DNA of 36,278 bases from a virus (Duplodnaviria > Caudoviricetes): positions 1 through 36,278 of IMG/VR virus record IMGVR_UViG_3300032233_001741; one strand, 5' to 3'. Below are positions 17,464 through 25,976 of the stretch, one piece after another; positions within the stretch are counted from its first letter, which is position 1; the number at the start of each line of letters is the position of its first letter. A program made the translations under genes and the position numbers. Under the pieces are notes generated by a model. The model made no database searches. It was given only the letters and a program-made list of their open reading frames with translations, and was not told the origin of the DNA.

Positions 17464-18645
17464 ATGGCTAATTTAAGAGATTTAATTGATTATACAAACA
17501 AAGCAGGTATTCAGACATCCCAATCATTGGGAGCAGTAGTTGCACCTCCAGCATCTCCAAATGCTGGTATTGCTGCAACTGCATTTATTCCAAGTTTTCC
17601 TGGATCTGCTTATAGGCAAATCAAATACCGCAACTATTGCGTTCAAGAATACAATTGCTGCAACTCATGCTTTATGTGGAAACCTCCTATGGGGACTACA
17701 TTTATTAAGTTTGAAATCTGGGGCAGTGGCGGTAGTGGTGCTGGGTCATGTTGCTGCGGTTGGGGAAATCCTGGCGGTTCTGCTGCTTATGCATTCAAGT
17801 GTATTTGCACTGGAAATGATTTGGGTGGATGTACGTATGAATTCTGTGTTGCAGGTGGTCCATGTGTTACTCCTCTTCAATTTGGATTCAAAGGTTGCAA
17901 GACATTTGTTGTTGGTTACGGTTTAAATAACTTCTGTGCCGAAGGTGGCGGCGGCGGTTCTTGGCATTGCCATTGCAACTGGGTTCTATCCTGTATGTGC
18001 GAGTATGATGTTGCTTGTGCTGAAGGTGCAAGATTCAATAACTGTGCCTACCAGATTTGTTCGGGAAGTCATGAGTCATTTACATGCCATTGCCTTCTTG
18101 CAAATAGCGTACATGGTACGGGTATGATTAACCCATTTGATATGTATGATAATACTCGTTATGATTGTGGCAAATCTACAGGACACTATGATCTAATTGG
18201 TATTGGTAATACGTTTGGATCATTTGGAAGAAGAGTTAAACTAAATCATGCACTTAACCCTTGTTATGGTGCTGCTTGTTACGGATGTTTATTCTGTGCG
18301 CCATTCTATGGTGCTGATGGCGGTGCAAGAGGACTTCCTGGAATGGTTGGATCTCCATGTAACCAAGCTGCTGATGACTTCTGTATGGTTAACCAATATA
18401 TTCCATATTCTGGTGGATTAATTAATACTCGTGGTGGGTACATCATCAGAAGAAATAGTGACATGAATAATAGTGGTAATAACGGGCATCCAAACGACTT
18501 TAATGAATTCTTTGGATATAGTGGCAGTAACCTGGGTCATGGTATTCCTGGATTTGGTGGAAGAACAGCACAGTCTTATGGTGGTAATAATTGCTATTGT
18601 GGTGGATATGGTGGATCTGGTCAAGTTATCATTACCTACGGTTAA
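17464..18645 (+). CDS. Cys/Gly-rich protein, paralogue 1
   Basis: FEIWGSGGSGAGSCCC...PGG.AAYA.K, GCKTFV.G.GL.NFCAEGG, YGADGG, C-terminal GQVIITYG; 32 Cys in 393 aa by manual count. Confidence 0.85.
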   Translation: MANLRDLIDYTNKAGIQTSQSLGAVVAPPASPNAGIAATAFIPSFPGSAYRQIKYRNYCVQEYNCCNSCFMWKPPMGTTFIKFEIWGSGGSGAGSCCCGWGNPGGSAAYAFKCICTGNDLGGCTYEFCVAGGPCVTPLQFGFKGCKTFVVGYGLNNFCAEGGGGGSWHCHCNWVLSCMCEYDVACAEGARFNNCAYQICSGSHESFTCHCLLANSVHGTGMINPFDMYDNTRYDCGKSTGHYDLIGIGNTFGSFGRRVKLNHALNPCYGAACYGCLFCAPFYGADGGARGLPGMVGSPCNQAADDFCMVNQYIPYSGGLINTRGGYIIRRNSDMNNSGNNGHPNDFNEFFGYSGSNLGHGIPGFGGRTAQSYGGNNCYCGGYGGSGQVIITYG

Positions 18646-18656
18646 GGAGAAGAATA

Positions 18657-19619
18657 ATGTCAGAGTTAAGAAGACTTTTAAATACGGAAAATCAAACTGA
18701 ACTCCAAAAACGTACTTGTGGATTTAAGTCTACACAGTGGGGTAATGGTTGGGGTAACACTCTTGTAGATGGATTCACCAATTATTATGGTGGATATTGC
18801 TGGCAAGATACCTGTAACACCGCATATCGTCAGTGGTGTATGGGATATTGCGTATTCCCTGGTGTAACTACCGTCCAGTTTGAAATCTGGGGCGGTGGTG
18901 GTGGTGGTGCAGGTGGTTGCTGCTGCCAACAAGGTTCTCCTGGTGGTTCAGGGGCTTATGCACTTAAGACTCTTTGTGCGTCTGATCTTGGAGTTGATAC
19001 TCTTGGTGGCATGTGCTACCTGATTTGTATTGGTCCTAACTCACAATGCTCTATTAACTGTACTGGATGCCAAGGATGTAAGACTTGGATCACTGGTTGT
19101 GGTCTCAGTAACTTCTGTGCTGATGGTGGAATGTCAGGTAGAACCTGCTGCTACATCTTCCATGATGCTCATGGTGCAAACTTAACAGGTACTTATGGTC
19201 CTGGTGGTGGTGGTAAGAGTGCATGGAACTCTGGTGGATGCTTTACTCTCGATCCAGTTTCTGGATCCTGCTATGCTTGTGACTGTGCTTGCTATTATGG
19301 TGCAGACTTTGGTGTTGCTGGTAGACCTGGTTGGTTCCGCGTAGATTGTATCTGTGGAAATAACTGCTTCGTAAGAATGGGTCTCGCACAAGCTGGCGGA
19401 TTCAAAGATAAATGCACCAGATATGTTATTACCAGAAACGAAGGTAATGCTTGCTTACATCAGAGAACAAACTGCTGGTCGGGTGAATTCCCTGCCAACC
19501 TTGATTGTAACTCTGGTGGCACAAGAGGTCAGGGTCAGATGTCAGCTACAACATGTGCTGGTAGTTGCTGCTATGGATGGAGAGGATCACCAGGTCTTGT
19601 CCGTATTACTTACAGATAA
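18657..19619 (+). CDS. Cys/Gly-rich protein, paralogue 2
   Basis: Start moved to the ATG at 18657 (MSELRRLL; AAGGAG SD at 18644-18649). FEIWGGGGGGAGGCCC, GCKTW..G.GLSNFCADGG, GLVRITYR; 34 Cys in 320 aa by manual count. Confidence 0.85.
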   Translation: MSELRRLLNTENQTELQKRTCGFKSTQWGNGWGNTLVDGFTNYYGGYCWQDTCNTAYRQWCMGYCVFPGVTTVQFEIWGGGGGGAGGCCCQQGSPGGSGAYALKTLCASDLGVDTLGGMCYLICIGPNSQCSINCTGCQGCKTWITGCGLSNFCADGGMSGRTCCYIFHDAHGANLTGTYGPGGGGKSAWNSGGCFTLDPVSGSCYACDCACYYGADFGVAGRPGWFRVDCICGNNCFVRMGLAQAGGFKDKCTRYVITRNEGNACLHQRTNCWSGEFPANLDCNSGGTRGQGQMSATTCAGSCCYGWRGSPGLVRITYR

Positions 19620-19625
19620 TAAATA
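19619..19625 (+). promoter_or_regulatory. T4-like late promoter
   Basis: ATAAATA between Cys-rich paralogues 2 and 3. Confidence 0.55.
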
Positions 19626-19649
19626 CTCATTAACAGGGATACTTCAGAA

Positions 19650-20621
19650 ATGGCAAACCTTAGGACTTTATTAGGCACATCAGATACTAATTTTACCGGT
19701 ATTCACTCCGGTGGTATTGGTAGACTGAGAGAAGGTCAAGTAACCTACTTCATGGCTCACATGTGTGGTTCTTGTAGCTCATATGAATTAACATGTTGCC
19801 AAGCTCCTGCTGGTGACTATACATCGGGTTACAACAACTTTAGTTACTGCTGCTGGAAAGTTCCTTCCTATCCTGGTGTAGGAACAACAGTAGTCACCTT
19901 CGAAATCTGGGGTGGAGGAGGCGGCGGTGCTGGTGCCTGCTGCTGTGCTTATGGTATCCCTGGTGGTGCTGGTGCCTATGCATATAAGTCAGTTATTGGA
20001 GTCTCATCTGGAACTGTTTATAACTTCTGTATCGGAAGTGTTGCATGTAGGACTGATAGTCCAAATGGAACTGATGGTTGTAAGACATATGTAACTGGTA
20101 TTGGTCTAACTAACTTCTGTGCTGATGGTGGTAAGAGAGGTTGCAGTTACTGTCAGTGCTGTCTTGGTAATGCTTTTTATTGCCACTTTAGAACGGGAAT
20201 TGGTAGCACTGATAAACCGATTGATGGTTATGGTGGGTTCCAAGACGTTGTAGGATTGAATACTTCATGTGTTGGATGCTGCTCCTTGTACTACGGTGCT
20301 GACGGTGGCGCTGTTGGACTTTACGGTGCATATCAATTCAACTGTAAGCAGAATAGATTGTGGAATAAATTCTTCATCCCATATCCAGGTGGTCTTGTAA
20401 ACCAGCAAGGTGGTTGGGTTGCTTGGAGTCAGGGTGATAATTCAAGTTGCGGTTATTGCGCTCAGTGTGGTGTTGCTGGAGAAATTGGTTTTGGTGGTCC
20501 ATTCGAACAGAATTATGTTCCTGGTTTGGGCGGTCCTTCTGCTGTCGTTTGTGCTGGCGGTTGCTGCTGCGGAACTCAGGGATGGGCTGGTGCGGTTCGT
20601 GTAACCGTCCGCTACATCTAA
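19650..20621 (+). CDS. Cys/Gly-rich protein, paralogue 3
   Basis: MANLRTLL, FEIWGGGGGGAGACCC, GCKTYV.G.GLTNFCADGG, YYGADGG, GAVRVTVRY; 29 Cys in 323 aa by manual count. Confidence 0.85.
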   Translation: MANLRTLLGTSDTNFTGIHSGGIGRLREGQVTYFMAHMCGSCSSYELTCCQAPAGDYTSGYNNFSYCCWKVPSYPGVGTTVVTFEIWGGGGGGAGACCCAYGIPGGAGAYAYKSVIGVSSGTVYNFCIGSVACRTDSPNGTDGCKTYVTGIGLTNFCADGGKRGCSYCQCCLGNAFYCHFRTGIGSTDKPIDGYGGFQDVVGLNTSCVGCCSLYYGADGGAVGLYGAYQFNCKQNRLWNKFFIPYPGGLVNQQGGWVAWSQGDNSSCGYCAQCGVAGEIGFGGPFEQNYVPGLGGPSAVVCAGGCCCGTQGWAGAVRVTVRYI

Positions 20622-20630
20622 TTGTCTTTA

Positions 20631-20637
20631 ATAAATA
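20631..20637 (+). promoter_or_regulatory. T4-like late promoter
   Basis: ATAAATA 26 nt before the ATG at 20664. Confidence 0.55.
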
Positions 20638-20663
20638 TTCTAAATTAGGGGTTACTATTTAAA

Positions 20664-21539
20664 ATGACTATTATCAAAAAGAAATTTACTTATGATTTAC
20701 CAGATGAATATCTGGCACAAACAAAAGATCTTGGATTAACTGGCGAATGGGAATATGAAGGTCCCAATAAAGTTTACGTTCATGTAGACAAAAAAACCAA
20801 TGTTATTCTACCTCAGTGTAGTTGCCAATCTCATGATGATGAGAGAACTCAAGAAGAGAACGACCATATTATGGACGTTTATACTGGACTTGATGCATAT
20901 CATGCTCCAATTGAATTTGATAAGGATCCTGTTTTACTTTCTTGCTTCTTCCCTAAGCTTGCTAGTGATATGTCCCAAAAGGAATATACACATCCTGTGA
21001 CTGGAGAGGTTTTCTACAGCAGACCAGATCCAATTATGCCAGATCATACCATTCAATTTGATCAAGTTGAATATGATTTTGAGAAGAAAGAGTGGAAAAA
21101 ACCATATCCAATGAGACAACCTCATATTACAAGAGATCAATTTGAGGCAGCCTATAATGGCATTTTAGCAAATTATAAAGTAACTCCAACAGAAAACTAT
21201 ACTTCAGCACAAAAGAAAAAGTGGTCTGATTTTATTAAGGAATTTGAAGCAGTTCCTACAAAGTTTGCTGACTATATGGATACTCCTTGGATGGTTCCAT
21301 TTCCAAGTGATCCAAGAATGGATGAGAAGTGGGGTGTTGAAAATGATGGTTTGATTTCTGAAACTCCAATCACAGAAAATCCTGATGCTGCTCCTTCTGC
21401 TGTAGTTGTAGAAGAAACTCCTGTTAAGGATTTGTCTGGATATGATGTAGAAGCACTTGCTGAAGCAGAACTTACTGATGAAGAAAAAGTCTCTGAAGAA
21501 ACACCCGAAAGATTTAAGATTGGTGTTGGTACTACCTGA
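20664..21539 (+). CDS. Hypothetical protein, possibly a tail fibre assembly chaperone, with an acidic C-terminal tail
   Basis: 291-aa acidic ORF directly after the tip-protein genes. KKKWSDFIKEFEAVP...WMVPFPSDP loosely resembles the W..YR..LRDLP...V.WP..P end of phage tail assembly chaperones. Confidence 0.6.
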   Translation: MTIIKKKFTYDLPDEYLAQTKDLGLTGEWEYEGPNKVYVHVDKKTNVILPQCSCQSHDDERTQEENDHIMDVYTGLDAYHAPIEFDKDPVLLSCFFPKLASDMSQKEYTHPVTGEVFYSRPDPIMPDHTIQFDQVEYDFEKKEWKKPYPMRQPHITRDQFEAAYNGILANYKVTPTENYTSAQKKKWSDFIKEFEAVPTKFADYMDTPWMVPFPSDPRMDEKWGVENDGLISETPITENPDAAPSAVVVEETPVKDLSGYDVEALAEAELTDEEKVSEETPERFKIGVGTT

Positions 21540-21563
21540 TAGAGTGTAGATAATACTACAGAG

Positions 21564-21592
21564 GGGGGTCAGAAATGACCCCCTTTACTTTT
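21564..21592 (+). terminator. Rho-independent terminator
   Basis: GGGGGTC-AGAAAT-GACCCCC followed by TTTACTTTT. Confidence 0.8.
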
Positions 21593-21593
21593 G

Positions 21594-21600
21594 CTAAATA
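21594..21600 (+). promoter_or_regulatory. T4-like late promoter for the sugar-modification operon
   Basis: CTAAATA immediately after the terminator, 39 nt before the ATG at 21640 (GAGG SD). Confidence 0.6.
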
Positions 21601-21639
21601 GCAACGTATAATTAAAACATTATCCCCTTTGAGGCGAGT

Positions 21640-22806
21640 ATGAGACCAAAAGCATTTTTTGTGAATGGCGGAGCGGGGCGTGTAGTTTGCTCTATTCCAG
21701 CATTTGAAAAGTATCAAGAAGAAAATCCTGATGAAGATTTCCTGATTGTCTGCGAAGGTGGAACAGATTTCTTTAAAGGACACGCAACACTTTATCCTAG
21801 AGTTTACGATCATTGGCATAAAAATCTCTTCAGAGATAAGCTGAAGGATATGGATATAGTTACAACAGAACCATATCGTGTTTGGGAATACTATAATCAA
21901 AAGTGCAATCTCTCTCAGGCTTTTGATATTCAAATCAACGATAAAGGTATTCGAGAACTTCCAAAACCAACCATTAAACTTTCCAGGCAAGAATTTATCA
22001 GTGGAAAGTTTGTCTTGGAAGATGTAAGACAAAAAACAAAGAAAGATAAAATAGTAGTATTCCAACCCTTTGGTCGGGGAACTCAAGTAATGGGCAATTT
22101 TATCACTGATTCCAGTGGTAGAAGTTTTGAAATGGCGAATGTTGTTGGACTTGTTAAAAAATTGCAGAGAAAGTATGCTGTAATTTATATGGGCGAAATT
22201 GAAATTGATTTCCAAAAAGAAGGATGCAAAGATCCTGTTGCTACTCCTAGAGGAATTGATTTACGAGCATGGGCTGGTATTATTGGTGAGTCTGATCTTT
22301 TCCTGGGGTGTGATTCTGTAGGACAGCATCTTGCATATTCTCTAGATATTCCTTCCGTAGTCGTAGTGGGTGCTACATGCAAAGAAAATATTTCTTATCC
22401 AAACTCTGATAAGTTTGAAGTTCTTGATATGGGAGAAGGTCTGAGAATCTACGATCCTATTCGTATTACAATGGATGAGGTAACTCAACGTGTAAACGAT
22501 GGTATCATGGCAATGAATGGTAAGATTGAAGATGTTATCGTTCAATCCATCGACAAATTGATGAACAAATATTATGTCAAGAAGAATGAAAACATTGTTC
22601 TTCCAACGATGGATCAGCAACAACAATCTTGTGGTATGCCACCAGCAGCACCAGTTGGTAGTTTGACTGGCGCACCTGCACCAGAGGTTGCACTCTCCCC
22701 AAATAAGCAAAGAAAGAGTGCTATTGACGAATTGATGTCTGAGGCAGTAAAATCTGCTAATGGTACTAAAAAGTCAACAGGATTTCTTGATACGATTCAA
22801 AAATAA
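21640..22806 (+). CDS. GT9-like (heptosyltransferase-like) GT-B glycosyltransferase
   Basis: C-terminal WAGIIGESDLFLGCDSVGQHLAYSLDIPSVVVVG matches the GT9 DSGxxHLAxAxxxP motif; IVVFQPFG strand-loop; N-terminal GGAGR in place of GxGD. Confidence 0.7.
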   Translation: MRPKAFFVNGGAGRVVCSIPAFEKYQEENPDEDFLIVCEGGTDFFKGHATLYPRVYDHWHKNLFRDKLKDMDIVTTEPYRVWEYYNQKCNLSQAFDIQINDKGIRELPKPTIKLSRQEFISGKFVLEDVRQKTKKDKIVVFQPFGRGTQVMGNFITDSSGRSFEMANVVGLVKKLQRKYAVIYMGEIEIDFQKEGCKDPVATPRGIDLRAWAGIIGESDLFLGCDSVGQHLAYSLDIPSVVVVGATCKENISYPNSDKFEVLDMGEGLRIYDPIRITMDEVTQRVNDGIMAMNGKIEDVIVQSIDKLMNKYYVKKNENIVLPTMDQQQQSCGMPPAAPVGSLTGAPAPEVALSPNKQRKSAIDELMSEAVKSANGTKKSTGFLDTIQK

Positions 22807-22822
22807 TTAAAGGTAATTTTAT

Positions 22823-24508
22823 ATGACAATTATTGCATCAATTGCCCGTGGTCACAACGGGAGCACAACTTTAATGAAGGATGGTGAGATCATCTTTTAT
22901 CTTGAGGAAGAGCGCCTTTCTAAGATGAAGTATGATGGGTCACCCCTTCTTGGTCTGGCAAAAGTATTTGACTATGTAGATCATATCGATCACCTTGTAG
23001 TTTGTCATACTCATCGCCATGGTCCTCAATTGGATTGGACTGGTGAAGATCTATATCATGGTTGGGTGAGGAAACTTGCTAAGAAAAAGTTTGATTTTAA
23101 AGTTCATTTTATTGATCTAATTCACCATGAAATGCACGCTGCATGTGGTTTTTATAACTCAGGTTTTGAAACTGCCGCATGTGTAATTGCAGATGGAGCT
23201 GGCAGTTTCCTTCAGTATGAAGGTATTGATGATGTTCTATTTGAATTTGAAACTATCTTCAAGGCTTCTTATCCAAAAACTTTTGATGTAGTTTATAAGC
23301 ATCTTGGCACAAAAGCAGCAGTTGGTTGTAATCAAGTTGATACTGGAGTATTTGTTACCGAGTATCCAGGTCATACAAAAATGTATGAAGCAGTAACAGA
23401 GTATTGTGGTTTCCCTGCGATTGAGGCAGGCAAACTGATGGGTCTTGCTCCTTATGGAAAACCAAATGAAGACCTTCCCAAGTTCTTCAGTAATGGTTGG
23501 AGTAATCGTGAGTTGATTATTCCTACATATCCAAATGCTGCTAAGATTAATGTTGGCAGGTATCCTATTCTGATTGATGATGTTGAGAATCATCAAGAAG
23601 GTCAGTATACTGATATTCAAAAGGATATGGCATATGCGATTCAGGAAGCAACTGAGAATCGTATGATTGAACTGATCCGCAAGGCTCATGAAGAAACTGG
23701 TGAAACAAACATCGTTATTTGTGGCGGTTATGGTTTGAACTGTGTTGCAAACTATAAGTATCTTCAGGCATTCCCAGATTTGAATATCTACTGCGAACCA
23801 ATCTCTCATGATGGAGGCACTTCAATCGGTGGTGCTAACTACATCTGGCACGATGTTTCTGCTAAGAAGTCTGCTAAGAAGCAGGCATCTGTTTATTACG
23901 GTCCTCAGTATGATCCTACTACGTATGAAGATGCTCTCAATGGACTTGAAGTAACTGATACTTCTTACGATGAAGTTGCGAAACTGATTCGTGAAGGTAA
24001 CATCGTCACTGTATATCAGGGTCGTTCCGAAGGTGGTCCTCGTGCTCTGGGTAATCGTTCTATTCTCTTTGATCCTACCATTAAGGATGGCAAGGATATT
24101 GTGAATGCAGTCAAGCATCGTGAATGGTTCCGTCCTTTTGCTTGTTCTATTAAGCAAGATAAAGTTAATGATTGGTTTGATCTGGCTGGTCGTGATGAAA
24201 CTCCTCACATGATGTATGCTGTCAAGTGTCATCCTGGAGTTGAAGAAAAGATTCCTTCAGTGATTCACGTTGATGGAACCTGCCGCATTCAGACAGTAAC
24301 TACAGAACAGAACGAGCACTATTATAATCTGATTGATGCCTTTGAGAAACTGAGTGAAGTTCCCATTCTGTTTAATACAAGTTTCAATCTGGGTGGAGAT
24401 CCTCTGGTTGAAACTGTTGAAGACGGTGTTAATACCTTGAAGAGGTGTGATATTGAGTATATGTATCTTCCTGAAATTCAGAAACTTGTTTATATTCCTA
24501 ACGAATGA
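22823..24508 (+). CDS. Carbamoyltransferase, NodU/CmcH family
   Basis: EEERLSK.K, HHEMHA, DGAG, GKLMGLAPYG, GGYGLNCVANY, EGGPRALGNRSIL, VKHREWFRPFA, HVDGTCRIQTV, NTSFN. Confidence 0.95.
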   Translation: MTIIASIARGHNGSTTLMKDGEIIFYLEEERLSKMKYDGSPLLGLAKVFDYVDHIDHLVVCHTHRHGPQLDWTGEDLYHGWVRKLAKKKFDFKVHFIDLIHHEMHAACGFYNSGFETAACVIADGAGSFLQYEGIDDVLFEFETIFKASYPKTFDVVYKHLGTKAAVGCNQVDTGVFVTEYPGHTKMYEAVTEYCGFPAIEAGKLMGLAPYGKPNEDLPKFFSNGWSNRELIIPTYPNAAKINVGRYPILIDDVENHQEGQYTDIQKDMAYAIQEATENRMIELIRKAHEETGETNIVICGGYGLNCVANYKYLQAFPDLNIYCEPISHDGGTSIGGANYIWHDVSAKKSAKKQASVYYGPQYDPTTYEDALNGLEVTDTSYDEVAKLIREGNIVTVYQGRSEGGPRALGNRSILFDPTIKDGKDIVNAVKHREWFRPFACSIKQDKVNDWFDLAGRDETPHMMYAVKCHPGVEEKIPSVIHVDGTCRIQTVTTEQNEHYYNLIDAFEKLSEVPILFNTSFNLGGDPLVETVEDGVNTLKRCDIEYMYLPEIQKLVYIPNE

Positions 24509-24906
24509 AAAAAGTTTTTGTAAATGGCACTTTTGATTTACTTCATTCGGGTCATATACATCTCCTAAACTATGCAAAAAGTTTAGGAGACTTTTTGTAT
24601 GTGGCAATTGATACTGATGAAAGAGTTAAAGAGAAGAAGGGTTCATCAAGACCAATTTATAGTTTAGAAGAAAGAATCTTTCATCTACAAAATCTTAAAC
24701 CCGTGAATGTAGTTCTTTCCTTTGGAACTGACGAACAGTTAGAAGATCTTGTAAAAATTACAAAACCTGATATAATGGTTGTAGGATCTGACTGGAAAGG
24801 GAAACCTATTATTGGTTCCCAGTACGCTAAAAAATTTGTATTTTTTGATCGAATAGAAGAATATGCCTCAACAAAAACAATACAAAGTATTATTGATCGG
24901 AGATAG
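24505..24906 (+). CDS. Cytidylyltransferase-family nucleotidyltransferase (HldE/RfaE domain II-like)
   Basis: VFVNGTFDLLHSGH (HxGH), KKGSSRPI...ER, KPDIMVVGSDW; ATGA-coupled to the carbamoyltransferase. Confidence 0.88.
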   Translation: MKKVFVNGTFDLLHSGHIHLLNYAKSLGDFLYVAIDTDERVKEKKGSSRPIYSLEERIFHLQNLKPVNVVLSFGTDEQLEDLVKITKPDIMVVGSDWKGKPIIGSQYAKKFVFFDRIEEYASTKTIQSIIDRR

Positions 24907-25624
24907 TTGTGAGGACGAATACATCTATGGAAAGTGTGAGCGTCTAAGTCCTGAAGCTCCAGTGCCCGTAATGAAGTTTTCAAAGACAGAAGTGAAGGCA
25001 GGGATGGCAGGTAATGTATGCCTCAATCTTCAGGCATTTAATATGCATATTACTTTTCTTACAAATTCTGAAAAGATTGTAAAGACAAGAATGATTGATG
25101 AAAAATCTAATCAACAACTTCTTCGTGTGGATGTTGAAGATACTGTGAAACCTCTTCACCTACCAGTGTCAACAGATAGTTTTGATGCTGTTGTGATTTC
25201 TGATTATAACAAAGGATATGTGACGGATAAAAAGTTGTTTGAAATTGTGAGTGAATGCAACGTTCCTATTTTTATTGATAGTAAAAAGCAATATCTACCA
25301 AACAAGAAAAATTGCTTTGTAAAAATTAATGATATTGAATATTCTAAATTGAGTCAAGATTGTCAAATAGATAATCTAATAGTAACCAAAGGTGGTGAGG
25401 GATGCCTATATAATAACACTTTGTATCCTGCAGAAAAGGTAAAGGTATATGATGTGGCAGGTGCAGGTGATACCTTTCTTGCTGCTTTAGTTTATGGATA
25501 TCTTTGCTATGAAAGTATTGAAAGGGCAATACTGTTAGCAAATAAAGCAGCATCTATAGCAGTTCAAAATCAAGGAACTTATGTATTAACGGAGGATGAT
25601 GTGAATGGATTCTTGCAAGATTAA
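24863..25624 (+). CDS. PfkB-family sugar kinase (HldE/RfaE domain I-like, heptose-7-phosphate kinase)
   Basis: LLIGDSCEDEYIYGKCERLSPEAPVPV, VVISDYNKG and VYDVAGAGDTF are diagnostic RfaE domain I motifs. Confidence 0.9.
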   Translation: MPQQKQYKVLLIGDSCEDEYIYGKCERLSPEAPVPVMKFSKTEVKAGMAGNVCLNLQAFNMHITFLTNSEKIVKTRMIDEKSNQQLLRVDVEDTVKPLHLPVSTDSFDAVVISDYNKGYVTDKKLFEIVSECNVPIFIDSKKQYLPNKKNCFVKINDIEYSKLSQDCQIDNLIVTKGGEGCLYNNTLYPAEKVKVYDVAGAGDTFLAALVYGYLCYESIERAILLANKAASIAVQNQGTYVLTEDDVNGFLQD

Positions 25625-25976
25625 GATGGTCCCCAAGGGATGGGGATTTGAAAAATGGATTGTAAATAATGAAGAGTATTGTGGAAAGCTTCTTTACTTT
25701 GTGAAGGGTGGTAAATGTTCCTTCCACTATCACATTTTAAAAGATGAAACTTTCTATATTCAAAGTGGAAAGATTCTTCTTAAGTATAGTACTTCTGATA
25801 GTATTGAAGAATCTCAAGAAATAATCCTCTCCCAAGGTGATAGGTTTCACGTTGAGAGAGGATTGAGACATCAAATGATTGCCCTGGAAGATACTGAGAT
25901 GTTTGAATTCTCAACTCAGCACTTTGAGTCTGACAGTATTAGGGTTGTTCCTGGAGATAGTCTGAAACTGTCTTAA
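25605..25976 (+). CDS. Cupin-domain protein (sugar isomerase-like)
   Basis: VPKGWGFEKWIVN...CSFHYHILKDETFYI...RHQM...FEFST: cupin HxH...E...H metal ligands. Confidence 0.85.
   Translation: MDSCKIKMVPKGWGFEKWIVNNEEYCGKLLYFVKGGKCSFHYHILKDETFYIQSGKILLKYSTSDSIEESQEIILSQGDRFHVERGLRHQMIALEDTEMFEFSTQHFESDSIRVVPGDSLKLS

Noticed and set aside
18591-18656. ORF-track N-terminal extension MLLWWIWWIWSS... of Cys-rich paralogue 2
   Set aside because: It overlaps the previous gene. The ATG at 18657 has an AAGGAG SD and gives an N-terminus matching the other paralogues.
17464-20621. Selenocysteine or stop-codon recoding in the Cys-rich genes
   Set aside because: All three ORFs are uninterrupted and end in TAA at homologous C-terminal motifs.
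24863-24906. Programmed frameshift fusing the nucleotidyltransferase and kinase into a bifunctional HldE
   Set aside because: The kinase has its own ATG and both ORFs look complete. I saw no clear slippery site with a stimulatory structure; it is not excluded but is unsupported.
21556-24983. Minus-strand ORFs of 65-219 aa opposite the GT, carbamoyltransferase and HldE-like genes
   Set aside because: They lie antisense to well-supported genes and show no recognisable motifs.
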